Source: the human T2T-CHM13v2.0 reference genome, Homo sapiens. Taken from it: 64,000 nt of DNA. The translations under genes and the position numbers were made by a program. Positions 1 to 17,500 of this stretch are shown piece after piece (within the stretch, counting starts at the first letter, position 1; every line of letters begins with the position of its first letter). The DNA lies in the NCBI RefSeq assembly GCF_009914755.1, contig NC_060927.1; one strand, 5' to 3'. The notes under the pieces are model-generated. The model saw only the letters and a list, made by a program, of their open reading frames with translations. It made no database searches and was not told the DNA's origin.

Positions 1-700
1 GCAAACAAGAGGGGACCTCGGGGAAGAGTGAAGAACAAAAGAAGATGGCCAAGGAGAATGACAGACTGGCCAAAAAGAACTGTTAAGAATAGGGAAGCCT
101 CATACTCAGTTTTAATAATTGTTTACATTCACGTAACAAAACTCATCACTTTTCTAAAAGCTTTGATAAAAGGTAGTTTCATAGGTAAAAGCCTACAGTG
201 AATTTGGCTTAAGCACTTTTGAATGGAAATAAAAAGTACTCCAAAATGAATTTTACATTTGGGTGAACATCATGGTGGAGACAAAGGAACAGCCATTTTC
301 TGAAGAACCAGAAAAGAAGAGTAAGGAATTAGAAACTATAGGTGATTCTGATAACCCAAGTGTTTCAAAAATTTTCAGAAACTTTTGGGTAGACGTTGGA
401 CTTTTCGCAGGACTTAATAGATAATTGAGCTAACCATATTTCAGTCTTGCAAAACAGGAAGACCTTATCTGACAATATGCAAATAACAAAACTTGAGTGT
501 GTTTCAAGTGTCAGGGTAGTTACGCCGATGGCAGTGGTGGGGGTCCACTTCTTAAATAAAACCAGGTAGCAGGACATCTATTAGCTCACAATTATTAAAC
601 TAGTTTTTTTTTAAAACACGTAGCAGGGGTTTCCTGTCACAAGATGATCACAAGGATGATCATATCATCTTGTTATATAAGATTAAAATATGTTTATCTT

Positions 701-1040
<340 letters not shown>

Positions 1041-1184
1041 TAGCGTCATCTCTGGGAAGTCTTCTTTTGTGACTAAGCCCAGTCACTCCACTGATAACTA
1101 TCTTCTTTGTGCCTCTACTCTGCCCTCAACAGTTGTCTATCTTAGTAACCGTGGCCCTAATGGAACTGTAGATCTGTCCCTCCC

Positions 1185-1510
1185 AATAGTCTGAATGTCC
1201 TTGCAGGCAGAGACCACATGTTTTCTGTGTTTTGAATCTCTAGTGCCTTGAGAAGTGCTTGGCTAACAGTAGGTCCTCGGTCTATGTTTGATGAATTAAT
1301 CATACACCTGATCTGTCAGGTTAACTCATTAAACGACCCCAATGAGAGAGCAAGGATCTTGACAAGTCTGTCATTAAAATGAGGAACTTGCCAAGAGATC
1401 ACATGGGTCTTAGCATCTTCTTTTTAGGACAATGACTCTGTCCTTCATGCTTTTCTATTCCTGTTGGCTACTCTAGTGCCTAGCACATAATAAACGTTTA
1501 TTTGAGTAAG
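1185..1510 (+). mobile_element. Degenerate L2 3'-end fragments
   Basis: L2 3' motifs (tctagtgcct...agcaca...tagg/taataaa...tgtttg..gaat) at ~1190-1300 and ~1425-1510. Confidence 0.55.
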
Positions 1511-2289
1511 CTTTGCCAAATGGAAAGGTGAATAAGTGAGGCTCAACAGCAACATATACCAGCCTGTGTAGAATTTCAAAAGCTGATGGATCTACAGCAG
1601 TCTCACAAATCATCTGCTACCAGCCTGAAGCCCCTGAAGTAACTGAAAAATCACTGCACAATGTGGCATTTTCATGCAGGCTGCCTTCGGGGCTGTGGAG
1701 GTGGTGGCTGCTCCTGAGTAAACACAGGCTGCACTGAAGAGCCATTGTGGCCACTAGTAGTTCTTTTAAGTTCCCTTGGGGTCTGAAGTTGATTTGCAGC
1801 CAGAGCCAAGTCCCCACACAACCTCCAATTTACCCTTCCTTTCTTTATCTTCTTTTTTTTTAAATTAACTATAAGAAAAATATCCAGGGTGTAGCAGTTA
1901 GCAGTGGGCTGCCAATAGTAGAAAATTTTCTTTTGTTTACTCAGAGTGTTTGCACCTAATCTACTGAAAAACAGTAATGAGCCCTCAGAAAGCAATTCAG
2001 ACGCCCTGGCCCCAAAGGAAGACAGGCTTTGAACTTGGCGGGAAGGCATCCAGGGCGGCAAGGAGTGGGGCTGTAGCATCCCTCCTCAGCATGAGTCTCA
2101 TTTCCAGGTGAGTGTCGTCCACAGGCTGCTTCTGTGCTGGCATTCCCAGGACCCTGGGAAGTCTCCAGTGCTCCAATCTCCCAAATATCTCCTGTTGGCC
2201 CTAGTTCGAATCCTGCTGCTTTCTTTGTTTCTTGTTGAAATACAAATGCCACTGAGAAGGACAACCCTAGAAAAGAGTCAGATGAACTG

Positions 2290-2625
2290 AGTTTAATTCT
2301 GGCTTTTGCAACTTGACTTTTGGAAATGTGAATACAACAATTTACATCTCCAGGCCTCAGTTGCTTTACCCATTCAACAGAGTTGATTATGCCATGTGAC
2401 ATATAGGATTTTTGAAGTTGGAATTACTTTGTAAATTAAAAAAAACTTTTTTACATAAAAGTATTATCTGTAATAATTTCTATATGCATGGTACCTCAGC
2501 ACATTGCAACATTGTATCTCTCTATAAACCACTTGAGGGCAAGGACTGTGTTTCATTTTGTATTCACCGCAACTAGCTCAGTACAGGGGGAAGAATAGGT
2601 GCCAATAAAGGACAGGCGAATTGAG
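2290..2625 (+). mobile_element. MIR fragment followed by L2 3' end
   Basis: MIR core-like ggcctcagtt at ~2354; L2 motif cttgagggcaaggactgtgt...aggtgccaataaa. Confidence 0.5.
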
Positions 2626-2861
2626 CAGGGCTAGTTTACAGCAGCAGGAAGTTTAAGTATACTCTAACCTTCTATCATGTCTAACATTAAGATCTTCACT
2701 TCTTTAAAGATAATCACTGAACTATGTCTTTTCACTCTGGGAAAGCAGGGTAAACTGACCATCTCCACTGAATTCCCTGTGGAACTCTGAGCCATTGAAC
2801 ACGATGAGTATTCTGGGAACTCTTCATCCCAGATCTTCCCCAGATAGTCCACGGGTTAATA

Positions 2862-3092
2862 TAGGTTGAGTATCCCTTATTCAAACTGCTTAGTCCCAGA
2901 TGTTTTAGAGTTCAGATCTTTTCAGATTTGGGAATATTCGCATTATACCAACTGAGCATCATAAATCTGAAGATCCAAAATCTGAAATGCTCCAATGAGC
3001 ATTTCCTTTGAGCATCATGTCCACACTCAAAAAAGTTGTGAATTTTGGAACATTTCGAATTTTGGATTTTTGGATGTGGGATGCACAACCTG
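2862..3092. mobile_element. Tigger4a/MER46A-like non-autonomous DNA transposon
   Basis: Terminal inverted repeats TAGGTTGAGTATCCC ... GGGATGCACAACCTG, ~230 bp, internal atccaaaatctgaaatgctcc motif. Confidence 0.85.
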
Positions 3093-3269
3093 TGGACAGT
3101 CTTATTGTACTCTTTGGTATAGATGTGCTTGTCAGGCTATGCACCAAATCTTTGTTTCCAGAAGAATACTTATCATATACAAGGGACATGGTGAGACAGC
3201 AGGAAAAACCTAATGATGTGACATGTTAAAATCACTCATGTGAGCCCATATGCTGATTTTGGCTTTTTA

Positions 3270-3629
<360 letters not shown>

Positions 3630-4164
3630 TTATTTGAGAAATAATGTGGGCCCAACCCTAGGGCCATCAGAAAACTGAATTCTACCATCATCTACTTATT
3701 GTTGGGTTAATCATTCCTTTGCCCTCCATTTCTTGTTTAGTAAAGCCCAGCAAGTGGAGAGATGACTTCCAAGGAGATTTCCATTATTCTGTGTGGGAAA
3801 GGCCACTTTCCTCATGCATAGCTGTTTTCCGTGTTTAGAATGCCTCCTGTTGGCCATGCTGAAGTTTCCACTCCCTCTCCCAAAATTGGTCAGAGCATGG
3901 GACCAAATCTGGACCATGCAAGACAGAGAGTTGGCACAGTATTATTTTGGGTCTGTCACACAAGTTCATCTGGAGAAGCAAAGAGACTTTAGCAGGAAGA
4001 GGACAGAAATTTGTATCAGCTGCCAACAGCTGAGAAAAGAGCTGCACAGGATCCCCAAACAAAGATGCATCCACAAGAGACATGGGAGACCAAGCCAGTG
4101 AAGAGGAGAAGACTCATGCCAAGCAAAGTTATGCATTTTGTTTTAATTTTTTTTCATTAAAACA

Positions 4165-4298
4165 ATTTTTTTTTTCTTTTTAGAAAAGGGGATACAGTAT
4201 GTTGTCCAGGCTGGTCTCAAACTCCCGGCCTCAAGCAGTCCTCCTGCCTTGGCCTGCCAAAGTGCTGGGATTACAAGCTTGAACAACTGTGCGTAGCC
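4165..4298 (-). mobile_element. FLAM/Alu left monomer
   Basis: Single antisense Alu monomer with T tract. Confidence 0.85.
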
Positions 4299-4398
4299 CA
4301 TATTTTGATTAGTAAGAGTCTAGTGCCAATTTCTGAAACAAAACTGTGTTTGTAACTTAAAGTGGCAGTGAGACCATTACCCACTAAAGTGGAAAAAA

Positions 4399-4761
<363 letters not shown>

Positions 4762-4775
4762 TTAAATAATATTCA

Positions 4776-5079
<304 letters not shown>

Positions 5080-6750
5080 AATAATATTCAAAGAAACAGT
5101 GGGAGGTAAAAATGAACTTCTGCCTTGATCACAATCCATGTATCACTCTTATTCAACATACCAACTTATATACCTTAAACATTTTTATATTCATTTCAAA
5201 CCTCAGTTTATTGTCTGAATATATATATCAGACTGTGTAAAACTATTTTCCTCCTTTAATATTATGCACTGGAGGTTAAAACCACTCACTACTGAGTTAA
5301 CAAATCAACAATAATTAGGTTGAGTCACCTATAAAATGTAAGATACACACATCTATAGAACTATACACATGACCGTTTTCCAGGCACTTGATTAGAATTG
5401 ACTTGGTCTCAGATAGGTAATAAAGAAAAGGAGAGAAATATATTTTGTGTTTCTCCTCTGTTCCCTACAGTGGGTAACAAAATGCTTAACAGAGAAACAC
5501 ATGGGGTTTGCCACTCGGTATTACTATGATAAAGAGCAAATGGCTTAGCTCTCATTCATTCATTTTGTGCAATAAACATGTGATGGCCAAGTAAGAAGTC
5601 GAGAAGTAGTCTCAAGGAAGATTCAAGTTTTGAGGAGGTTGGCAGCCATAGCCTAGGGATGAAGCTAGGCTGGAATCCAGAGAAGCCCACCAGAGCACCT
5701 GGGAGGTATTGTAGGCATATAGCCCTGAGGACCCCACTGGAGATTGAACTGGGCTCTTTAATGCCTAATTAAACCCTGCAAAAGGGCGTTGCTGCTCTGG
5801 GGAGACTTGAATTAGCTGCATCTTGGATTGCTAGGTCTGGTATCTGCTATCTTAGCCCCTGTTTACTTTTATGCCATCCATAAAACAGTGGCTAAGCTTG
5901 CTTTAATTTATTGCAAAGGGTAGGAATAGCCTTGGGAGAATAATTAGAAGCCCACTGTTTTTCATTACATTATATTTTAAGACAGCATATTTTCCTGTCT
6001 AGTGACTTTTAAGAGGGCCCTGCCAAACAGTCTGTGTAAGAGTAAATGAGCAAATAAAAAGATTGCTTTGTAGCTATTTGGACTTGGTGTTTAAGGGACT
6101 TTATCTTCATTCACATGAAAAAATAAACAAACTCTAACTTCAGTTTCGCCAGGTTCCACAAAAATGTATAGTGTGTGCCTACAGAAGCAAAAGGGAGAAA
6201 AGGATGGAAAAAATGACTTAGTATTCAAGGGGAAGGATTCTGCTACCAGTGAACAGAGGGCACTTTATGGATTGATTAGGCAATGATATTGACAAATTAT
6301 TTGGAAAAATGGAGCAGCAGTAGGATCTTTTGAAATGCTGTAGGGGAAACATCTACTATAAACATAGCACGTTAAAAAATAATCCGAAAATGCCAAATAA
6401 ATTGTCTGGCAAAATGATGTTCTTTTCCCCAAAGTTCTGTTCTTACTCCAAAATTCCCTTTTCACCTGTATAAAAACTTCAAACACCAACCCTGTCAAAG
6501 ACCAGAAGCATCCACCACTGTAAGTTTGATGGGTAAAGTTGTGTTTTCAGAAGTTCACTGAGTATATATTATGATACTATTCATGTAAAAAACAAAATAC
6601 ACTCTAGATAATACTATATAGTATCTATCTATCTATCTATCTATTCACTATGTTAATAGCTCCTTGATGCCTTTAAGTAGATGTTTTCCAAACCCTTTTT
6701 ATCCATTTTATACATATATAGCTATATAGATATCTAATATTATATACATC

Positions 6751-7068
<318 letters not shown>

Positions 7069-7902
7069 TAGCTATATCTATATGTGTGAAAATAGAAAAG
7101 GTTTCAGGGAATTTCTACTTCTGATAATGGTAGAAAGGCATCTACTTAAAGGCATCTATTTAAAGGTGTCAAGGAGCTATTAACATAATGAATAATTATT
7201 AGGCTAGGATCCAAGGAAGGGAAGGGTTCAGAGAGATGATCCCAGTGTATAGGATCTCTTTTTCCTTTGGGGGTTATTTCACCATTTACAAGGGACTGCT
7301 GAGAGGACAAGAAACTGAAAGTTTCTTTTGATAGTCTTGTTAGGCTAAGAGAACAGGAAAATGACAAGGTTCAACCAAAAACGGGGGTTCCCTGGTAAAG
7401 CTCCCTTGCTTTTTGCTGGGGTTTCAATACTCCACAATAGTAATAAGTGCGTGCAAGAGTAGGCAAGTTTTTGCAGCGATTGCAGCTCAGCTTTGAATTT
7501 GGCTTAAGGAAATCTCATATTATTTGCTCACGGATGTGAGAAAACATGAAACTCTTCTCTGAAGGAAAAATACATCATATTGAGCAAAGAATTATTCTAC
7601 AAATAATCTGCATATACATATCTGGCCTACATTTAAAGCACAATGGGCAAATAGGAGATACAATAAAAAAAATAAAAACCAGCAGAAAAAACAAATGATG
7701 AAAAGGAGACCTTCAGAGAAACCAGAAACTGTGGCTATCAGACAACATTTTAAAATAATTCTGTTCACTATGTTCAGAGAGATAAAAGGAATGACTGAGA
7801 AATATGACAGAGAACTAGCAACACTAAAGAACAAAATGTTATCCAGCCTTATATTCAGAAAAAAAAAGAACAAAATGGAAAGTCTACAACTAAAAATTAT
7901 AA

Positions 7903-8277
<375 letters not shown>

Positions 8278-8394
8278 AAACACAATGGATATTTTTAACA
8301 GTGGATTAAACAATGCTGAATAGAGATTTAATGAACTGAAATATCTGTAGGAAGAAAATAACTAGAATGAAGCATGAGATAAAAAGAAGAAGGT

Positions 8395-8876
<482 letters not shown>

Positions 8877-9771
8877 CTAGAAGACATGCAAAGCCAAAGA
8901 GGATAAATACAAAGAAAGCCATACCTAGGCACATTACAGTAAAACTTCTGAAGTCCAAATATTACCAAAAAAAGTTAAATGCTAAAGAAAAAAGAGAGAG
9001 ATTATCCTCAAAGGAGAAACAAAAGAACTTACAGCTAATTTTCCCCTAGAAACAATGAAAAGCCAAAGACAACAGAATGGTATATTTAAATTGCAGACAG
9101 AAAATGACTGCCAACCTAGAATTCTATGCCTAGTGAATACATCCTTCATGAGTGAAGGTGAAATGAGGACCTTTGGTTTTCAGACATTAAAAAAACTACA
9201 GAATTTAACACCAGTATATCCACATTAAAAGAAATAACCAAAGTTATTCTTCTGGTAGAAGGAAAATGATCTAAGATGGAAGACTGGAGATACAGAAAGA
9301 AATGAAAATGAATAAAGTAGGTAAATACAGAGAATTATTGACTACATAAAACAATAATATCTTATGAAGTTTTACATGTTCAGTAAAATGTGTGATAACA
9401 GCATACAAGTAGGAGAGAGGGAATGGAGTGAAGATATTCAAAGGGTTTGTATTATCTGGGAAAGTGGGAAAGTATTGATCAGATTAGACTTTGAGGACCT
9501 CTGATGTTGACCAAGATGGACCACTACAGTCTATCTACATGATATATCACCACAAAATACTCTGGACAGAATAGAAAAACCACCTGAAACCTAAACGTAG
9601 ACAATAGTAGATGGAGATGGCCATTATTAACAGCAGGTGAATTGGAAATGTAAGTCAAAACTTAATTACCTGTTTTGTTTTTCTTCATTTCACCACTTTG
9701 ATCTGAGGATAAGTAAAGCTGTAGAACCTCACAATGGACTTAGACAATAAAAACCCTTGAGAGAAATCTTC

Positions 9772-10329
9772 TATGGTAAACAGCCTTTACTATGACCCAC
9801 AATGTTTTGTGCCTCTGGAATACATGCCATTTTGTAATCTCTTCCCCTTAAGTGTGGGCGTTATTTAGTGACTTGCTTCTAATTAATAAAACATGGCAGA
9901 AGCGATGTGATGTCTCCTCTTAAATCAGATTGTAAAATGACTATGGCTTCTATTCTGAATGTCCTATTTCACTGTCTTTCTCATTCACTCTGAGATGAAC
10001 TATCTGCCATGTTATAAGCTACCCTGTGAAGAGGTCAACCTGGCAAGAAACTGAGGAAAGCCTCTATCCAATAGCCAGCCAGGAATTTAGGCCCTCAGTC
10101 CAAAACCCTACTAGGAAGCAAGAGAGTTTAGAAGTGGATCTTCCCCCAAGCAAGCTTTCAGATGATACTGCAACCCTGGCCAAAAGCCTAATTGCAACCT
10201 CATGAGATCTTAAACCAGAGACACTCAACTAAGTTGTGCCCAGATTTCTGACCTACAGAAACGGTAAATGTTTGTTATTTGAAGCCAGTTTTGGAGACAA
10301 TTTGCTATTACCAACAGATAATTAATACA
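9772..10329 (+). mobile_element. MLT1F-like MaLR solo LTR
   Basis: Starts tatggtaaacagcc...ccccttaagtgtggg...tagtgacttgcttctaa, ends ...taattaataca. Confidence 0.8.
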
Positions 10330-11758
10330 ATATGCAAAACCAGATGGTTAATTTCAGCAGAGAGATGGAAACTGTGAGAAAGAACCAAATGAAAATTCTA
10401 AGAATAGAAACCACAATAACAGAGAAAATAATCTATAAACTTGAAATAAATAGAAATTACCCAAGTGAAACAAAAAGGAAAATAAAATGAGGAAAAACAG
10501 CATCCAAGAACTCTGAGATAACATGATAACAATCTAGATAAATGGTCTAACATATGCATAATTATTATAATTATGCATGATATATGCATAATATCTCCTA
10601 GAAGGAAATAAGAGAACATGGCAAAAGAAACATTTGAGGAAATGATGGCTAAGAATTTTCCAAAATTAATGAGAGACACTAAACAGCAGATGCAATGAAC
10701 TCAAAAAATACCAAACGGAATTAATACTCCCCACAAAACCCCAATAAAACAAAATATTCATCAGGACATATCACATTTAAACTGCTGAAAAACAAAGACA
10801 AAGAGAAAAATCTTGAAGTCAGCCAGAGATAAATGACATATTACTTGCAAAGAAAGATGGATAAGAATTAGAGCAGATTTCTTGTCAGAAATGAGACAAA
10901 CACAAAGATAATAGTGTGACAGCTTTAAAGTGCTGAAAGAAAACAATTCAACCTAGAAATCTAGAGTCAACAAAAATATTATTTCAAAAATAAAGGAGAA
11001 ATAAATACTTCCTCACACAAACAAAAACAAGGGAAATTCATTGGTAGTAGATCTACTTTATAAGAAAATAACTTTCAGGCAGAAGAATAATAAGACAGAA
11101 GTCTTGATCTATATAAAGAAATGAAGCACATTGGAACTGGAATAAATAAAGATACATTTACTTTTTCTTAGTTTTAATTGCTCTAAAAGGTAACTATGTA
11201 AAGCAAAATTACTAAGAATGTATTACCTATTTATAGCATATTTAAAAGTAAAATATATGGCAATATGACAATAATAGTGCACTAGATGGAAGGAATGAAT
11301 TGGAAATATATAGCTACAAGTTCCTTGCACCACATATGATGTTGTGTAATACTATTCAAAGGTAGACTAGATGATTTAAAATGGATATTGTAGACCCTAG
11401 GGAAACCACCAAAACTTAAAAATAGGTATAAATCAAGATGGAATGACAAAAATGACAAATTTTCATGACCAAGAGAAGGCATGAAAAGAAGAAATAGTAA
11501 ACAAAGAACAGATAGCCAACAGCTAACATGATGGTAGATTTTAATCCAATCACACCAATAATTATGTTAGATGAATAGTATAAACACACTGGCTAAAGGA
11601 CAGAAATTTCCAGATGGACAAAAAGTCAAGAACCAATTTATATGTTGTCTATGAGAACTAAGTTTAAATATAAAAACATAGATAGGTTAAAAGTAAAAGG
11701 AGGGAGAAAGTCTTACCATGTAAACACTAGACAAACAAAAACACTGCAGTAGCTGTAA

Positions 11759-12265
11759 AGGCATACCTCTGAGATATTGCAGGTTCAGTTCCACACCACG
11801 GCAATAAAACATATATCACAATAAAGCAAACCACATAAATTTTTACATTTCTCAGTGCATTTAAAAGTTATATTTACACTATACTGTAGTCTATTAGGTG
11901 TGCAATAACATTGTCTAAAAAATGCACAGACTTCTATTAAAAATAATTTATTTCCTTCCCTAATCACCATGGAATGAAATAAAAAGAATTTATTGCTAAA
12001 AAATGCTAACAACCTTCTGACCCTTCAGTGAGTTGTAATCATTTTGCTGATGGAGGGTCTTGCCTTGATGTTGATAGCTGTTGACTCAGGGTAGTTGTTG
12101 CTGAAGTTTATAGTGGCTGTGGCAATTTCTTAAAATAAGGCAACAATGAAGTTTGCCACATTGATTGACTTCCTTTCACAAAAGATATCTCTGTAACATG
12201 GAGTGATGTTTGATAGCATTTTATCCACTAGGACTTCTTTCAAAATTGAAGTCAATTCCCTCTGA
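11759..12265 (-). mobile_element. Tigger1 3'-end fragment
   Basis: aggcatacctctgagatattgcaggttcagttcc is the reverse complement of the Tigger1 3' terminus. Confidence 0.85.
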
Positions 12266-12450
12266 AAACTGAAAATGAAAAAACAGTGGAGAAAAATCAA
12301 TAAAAACAAAAGCTGGTTATTTGAGATCAATAAAATTGATAAGCCTCTAGCAATATTGATGAGTAAGAAAAGAAGGAAGACAAATTACCAATAACAAGAA
12401 TGAGAAAGGTGATATTACCACAATTTCCACAGCTGTTAAAAGGATAATAG

Positions 12451-12740
12451 GGCCAGGCATGGTGGCTTGCACCTAGAGTCCCAACATTTTGGGATGCCAA
12501 GGTGAGTGGATTGCTTGAGCCCAGGGACTGTAGACCAGCCTAAGCAACATGACAAAACCCTGTCTCTGTGGGGAAAAACATTAGTCCGATGTGGTGGCCT
12601 GAGCCTGTAGTCCCAACCACTTGGGAGGCTAAGGTGGAATGATCACTTGAGACTAGGAGGTTGAGGCTGCAGTGAGCTCAGATCACACCACTGCACTCCA
12701 GCCTGGGTGACAAAATGAGAGCTTGTCTCAAAAAAAAAAA
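12451..12740 (+). mobile_element. Alu (AluJ-like)
   Basis: Diverged dimer; TSD AGGATAATA. Confidence 0.93.
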
Positions 12741-15700
12741 GGTGGGGAGGATAATAAAACATTACAAACAACTTATTAAGTAATTCCAGCAAATTTGAGA
12801 ACTTATATGAAATGGACAAATTCCTTGAAAGACATAGACTACCAAAGTTCACTCAAGAAGAAACAAATAATCTAAATAGCCCTATATCTAAGTTTAAAAA
12901 TTGAACTTATAATTAAAAACCTTCCCACAAAGAAAATTCTTGGGCCAAATGTCTTCACTGTTGAAATGAATTAATTTCATGACACCAACCTTATCCTAAC
13001 ATTCAAACCAGACAAAAACAGTACACAAAAGGAAAACTGCAAGTCCTTGTCAGTCATGAACATAGATGCAGAAATCCTCAATAACATAGCAAATTGAATC
13101 CAGCAATATATAAAAAGGATAATACACCATGACTAAGTGGAGTTCATCCAAGCAATTGATTCAACATTTGAAACCTTTTATTCAACTTTCAACATTTGAA
13201 AAATCAATGTAATTCACCATAATATCAGACTAAAGATGAAAAACCTCATGATAATCTCAACAGATGTATAAAAAACATTGGACAAAATTCAAAATATATT
13301 CAGTATGAAATAAGACAAACAAAAAAGCCTCCCAGCAAATTAGAAATAAAAGAGAAGTTCCTTAACTTAATGGAGGGCATCTACTAAAAAACTACAGCTA
13401 ACATTATGTGCAATGGTGAGATACAGAATGCTTTTTCCCTAAGACCTGGAAATCCTGCTCCTGGTTATTTACCCAAATGAGTTGAAAACTAATGTTCACA
13501 CAAAAATCAGTGTTTGAATGTTTATAGCAATTTTATTCAAAATAGCCAAAAAATGTAAATAACCAAGATGTTCTCCTACAGGTGAATGAATACACAAACC
13601 ATGTGATGTCCATGCAATGGAATACTACTTATTGATAAAAAGGAAATGAACTATTGATTCATGTAACAACATGGATGAATCCTAAATGCACTTTGCTAAG
13701 TGAAAGATCCAAAAGGCTAAATATTGTATTATTCCATTTATATGACATTCTGAAAAATGTAAGACTACAGTGATAAAAAATAGGTCACTGGTTGCTAAGG
13801 CATGAGTGTGGAAGAAGAAATTGACTACAAAAAGGCAGAGCAAGGGAATCTGGGAAAAGATGAAACTGTTCTATATGGTACTGTGAGGGACACACAACCT
13901 TATGCACTTGCCAAAAACTCACAGAGTGTACACCACAAGGAGAATATTTTACTGTATGCAAATTTTTAAAAACCAAACACCAAGATGGAATTCAGAGTAT
14001 GACAAATAAATCTAACTGTATTACATATGACATATATATTATGTATAACATAACCACACTGAAGAGGATGAGAAAGAAAGGCACTGCCCTAAGAAACTTT
14101 GGAAAACAGTGTTTTGAGTAGACATTGTAATGCCAGAGATAAAAATAACTATATAACCAATGTACTCTAGTTGGTAAACATGTTTCTTATAGGGATATGC
14201 ATTCTGAAATTACATGTATACTATGGTTGAACAAATAAGTAAATATACTATAGATATACAAGAATAACAAAAATTCTCACCGCCAGAGAAAGAAGTTACA
14301 AAGGAGGAATGCAAGAATTAACCCTGGGTTGCTAGATTGGAATCCAAAACATCCATATGAACTCATGGTTATTTTAATACATGTTCAGAGAGGTAACACA
14401 GAAGACATGGGTTAGCATACATGTATCATACATTCTCTAGCTCTGTTTACTTAGAGGACCTAGAAGCAGTGCTATCCTAGCAGCAATGGATACACCTAAG
14501 GCCCAGATCTCGATTTCTAAATACCATTCTCCAATACAAAGAACCAAGGTTCTTTGGAGAAGCAGTTGACCCTGGGGCTGAGTCAAGGAAGATATAGATG
14601 ATCCTGGAGTGCCTTAGGGTGCCAGAATAAGGAAGTTCTGGGAAAAAAACAAGATGAGGGCACGTCCAACAGTTCCCAATGCTGGAACAATTTGAATAAC
14701 AAAATTAAAACCATAGTTTTGGGTTATAACCCACTGAATAAAACAAATATCCATGAGACCCTTGTTGATATGAATAAGTGACTGAATACATAAATAAATT
14801 AGGGAAAAGGAACAACTCTTCTTTACAGAAGAACTTCAATAACACATTAAATTTAGAAAGAATGAAGGGAGTAAAAAAATCACAATTAGAATACCACAGT
14901 AATATTAGCTGCTGAAAGATCTGCCTATGAATGTGCTAATTAGTGGGCAAATGTTTAAGAAAAAACAGGATATTTACATACCCTCAAAGTATCTCCCCAT
15001 AAGTATTAATTAAAAAGGAAAATGTAACATTACAGTGGAGAAATCTGGCCAACACTACCTCAAACAAATGATCAATGTTAACATCACCAGTAAGATACTG
15101 GCATAATGTACTCCCTGATATCATGCACTAAGAGGGCACATCGCCTGTGTGGTATTCTTCCCCCAAATCTATAGCCTTAAACTAATCATGAGAAAGTATC
15201 AGACAAACACAACTTGAAGGACATTCTACAAAATACTTGATCAGTACTCCTCAAAGGTGTTCAGGTCATAAAAGACTGGAGAAGATTGAGGAACTGTCAC
15301 AGTTTAGAGGAGACTAATGAGACATGACGCCTAAATACAACGTGAGACCCTAAATTTCATGTTGAAACAGGAAAGACATTAGTGGAAAACTGGTGAAATC
15401 TGAATAAAATGCAATTTAGGTAGTAATATTGTACCAGCGTTAATTTATTAGTTTTGATAATTGTATCATGGTTAACATGTTCGCATTAGGGGGAACCTGA
15501 GTAAGGGATAAATTGGAACTCTCTGTCCTATCTTTGCAAGTATTTGGTAAGTGTAAATATTATTTCAATAATAAGAATGTACAACCATTATATAATATGA
15601 GCCATAAGCTGTGAGGGAAGAAACAATAAAAAATTTTGAAAATGCAAAACATCATTATAAAAACCCAAATAGATGAGTTGAATAAGATTGAACATGGACA

Positions 15701-16137
15701 AAGAATAACTAAGAACTAAACATCAAGCTGCAGGTATCTCTCAGGACATAGAGCAATAAGATAAAAAGATGGAAAATATGGGGTTGGGGTGAGAAATGTG
15801 CCGGATAGATCCAGCAGTTCCACTACATGTGTACTAGAAATCCCAGAAAAAAAATAATAGGGAAAGAAATGAAGATAAACTACTTGAAAAATAATGGCTG
15901 AGAATTTCCCAGAAATGAAGAAAGATACTTGTCTTCAAATTGATCGAAATCTTACCAAATGGCAGGAAGAATTAAAATAGTGATCACATCTAGACACATA
16001 GAGTAACATTTCAGATATCTGTGAAACAGAGAAAAATCCTAATAACTACCAGAAAGACAAATGTGTACAAATGAATGAGAATCAGTTTGATATCAGACTT
16101 CCCATCCAGAAAATACCGATATAAAAATGTGAAAGTT

Positions 16138-16475
<338 letters not shown>

Positions 16476-16568
16476 TCACTACTGACATTTGGATTAAACT
16501 AATTCTTCATGTGCAGGATTTCCCTGTGCATCACAGAATGTGTTAGCACCCATAACCCTGCCCACTAA

Positions 16569-17500
<932 letters not shown>

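Noticed and set aside
1617-2402. Minus-strand ORFs of 135 and 148 aa in unique sequence
   Set aside because: No recognisable homology or supporting gene structure; one runs through a poly(A)-encoded lysine run
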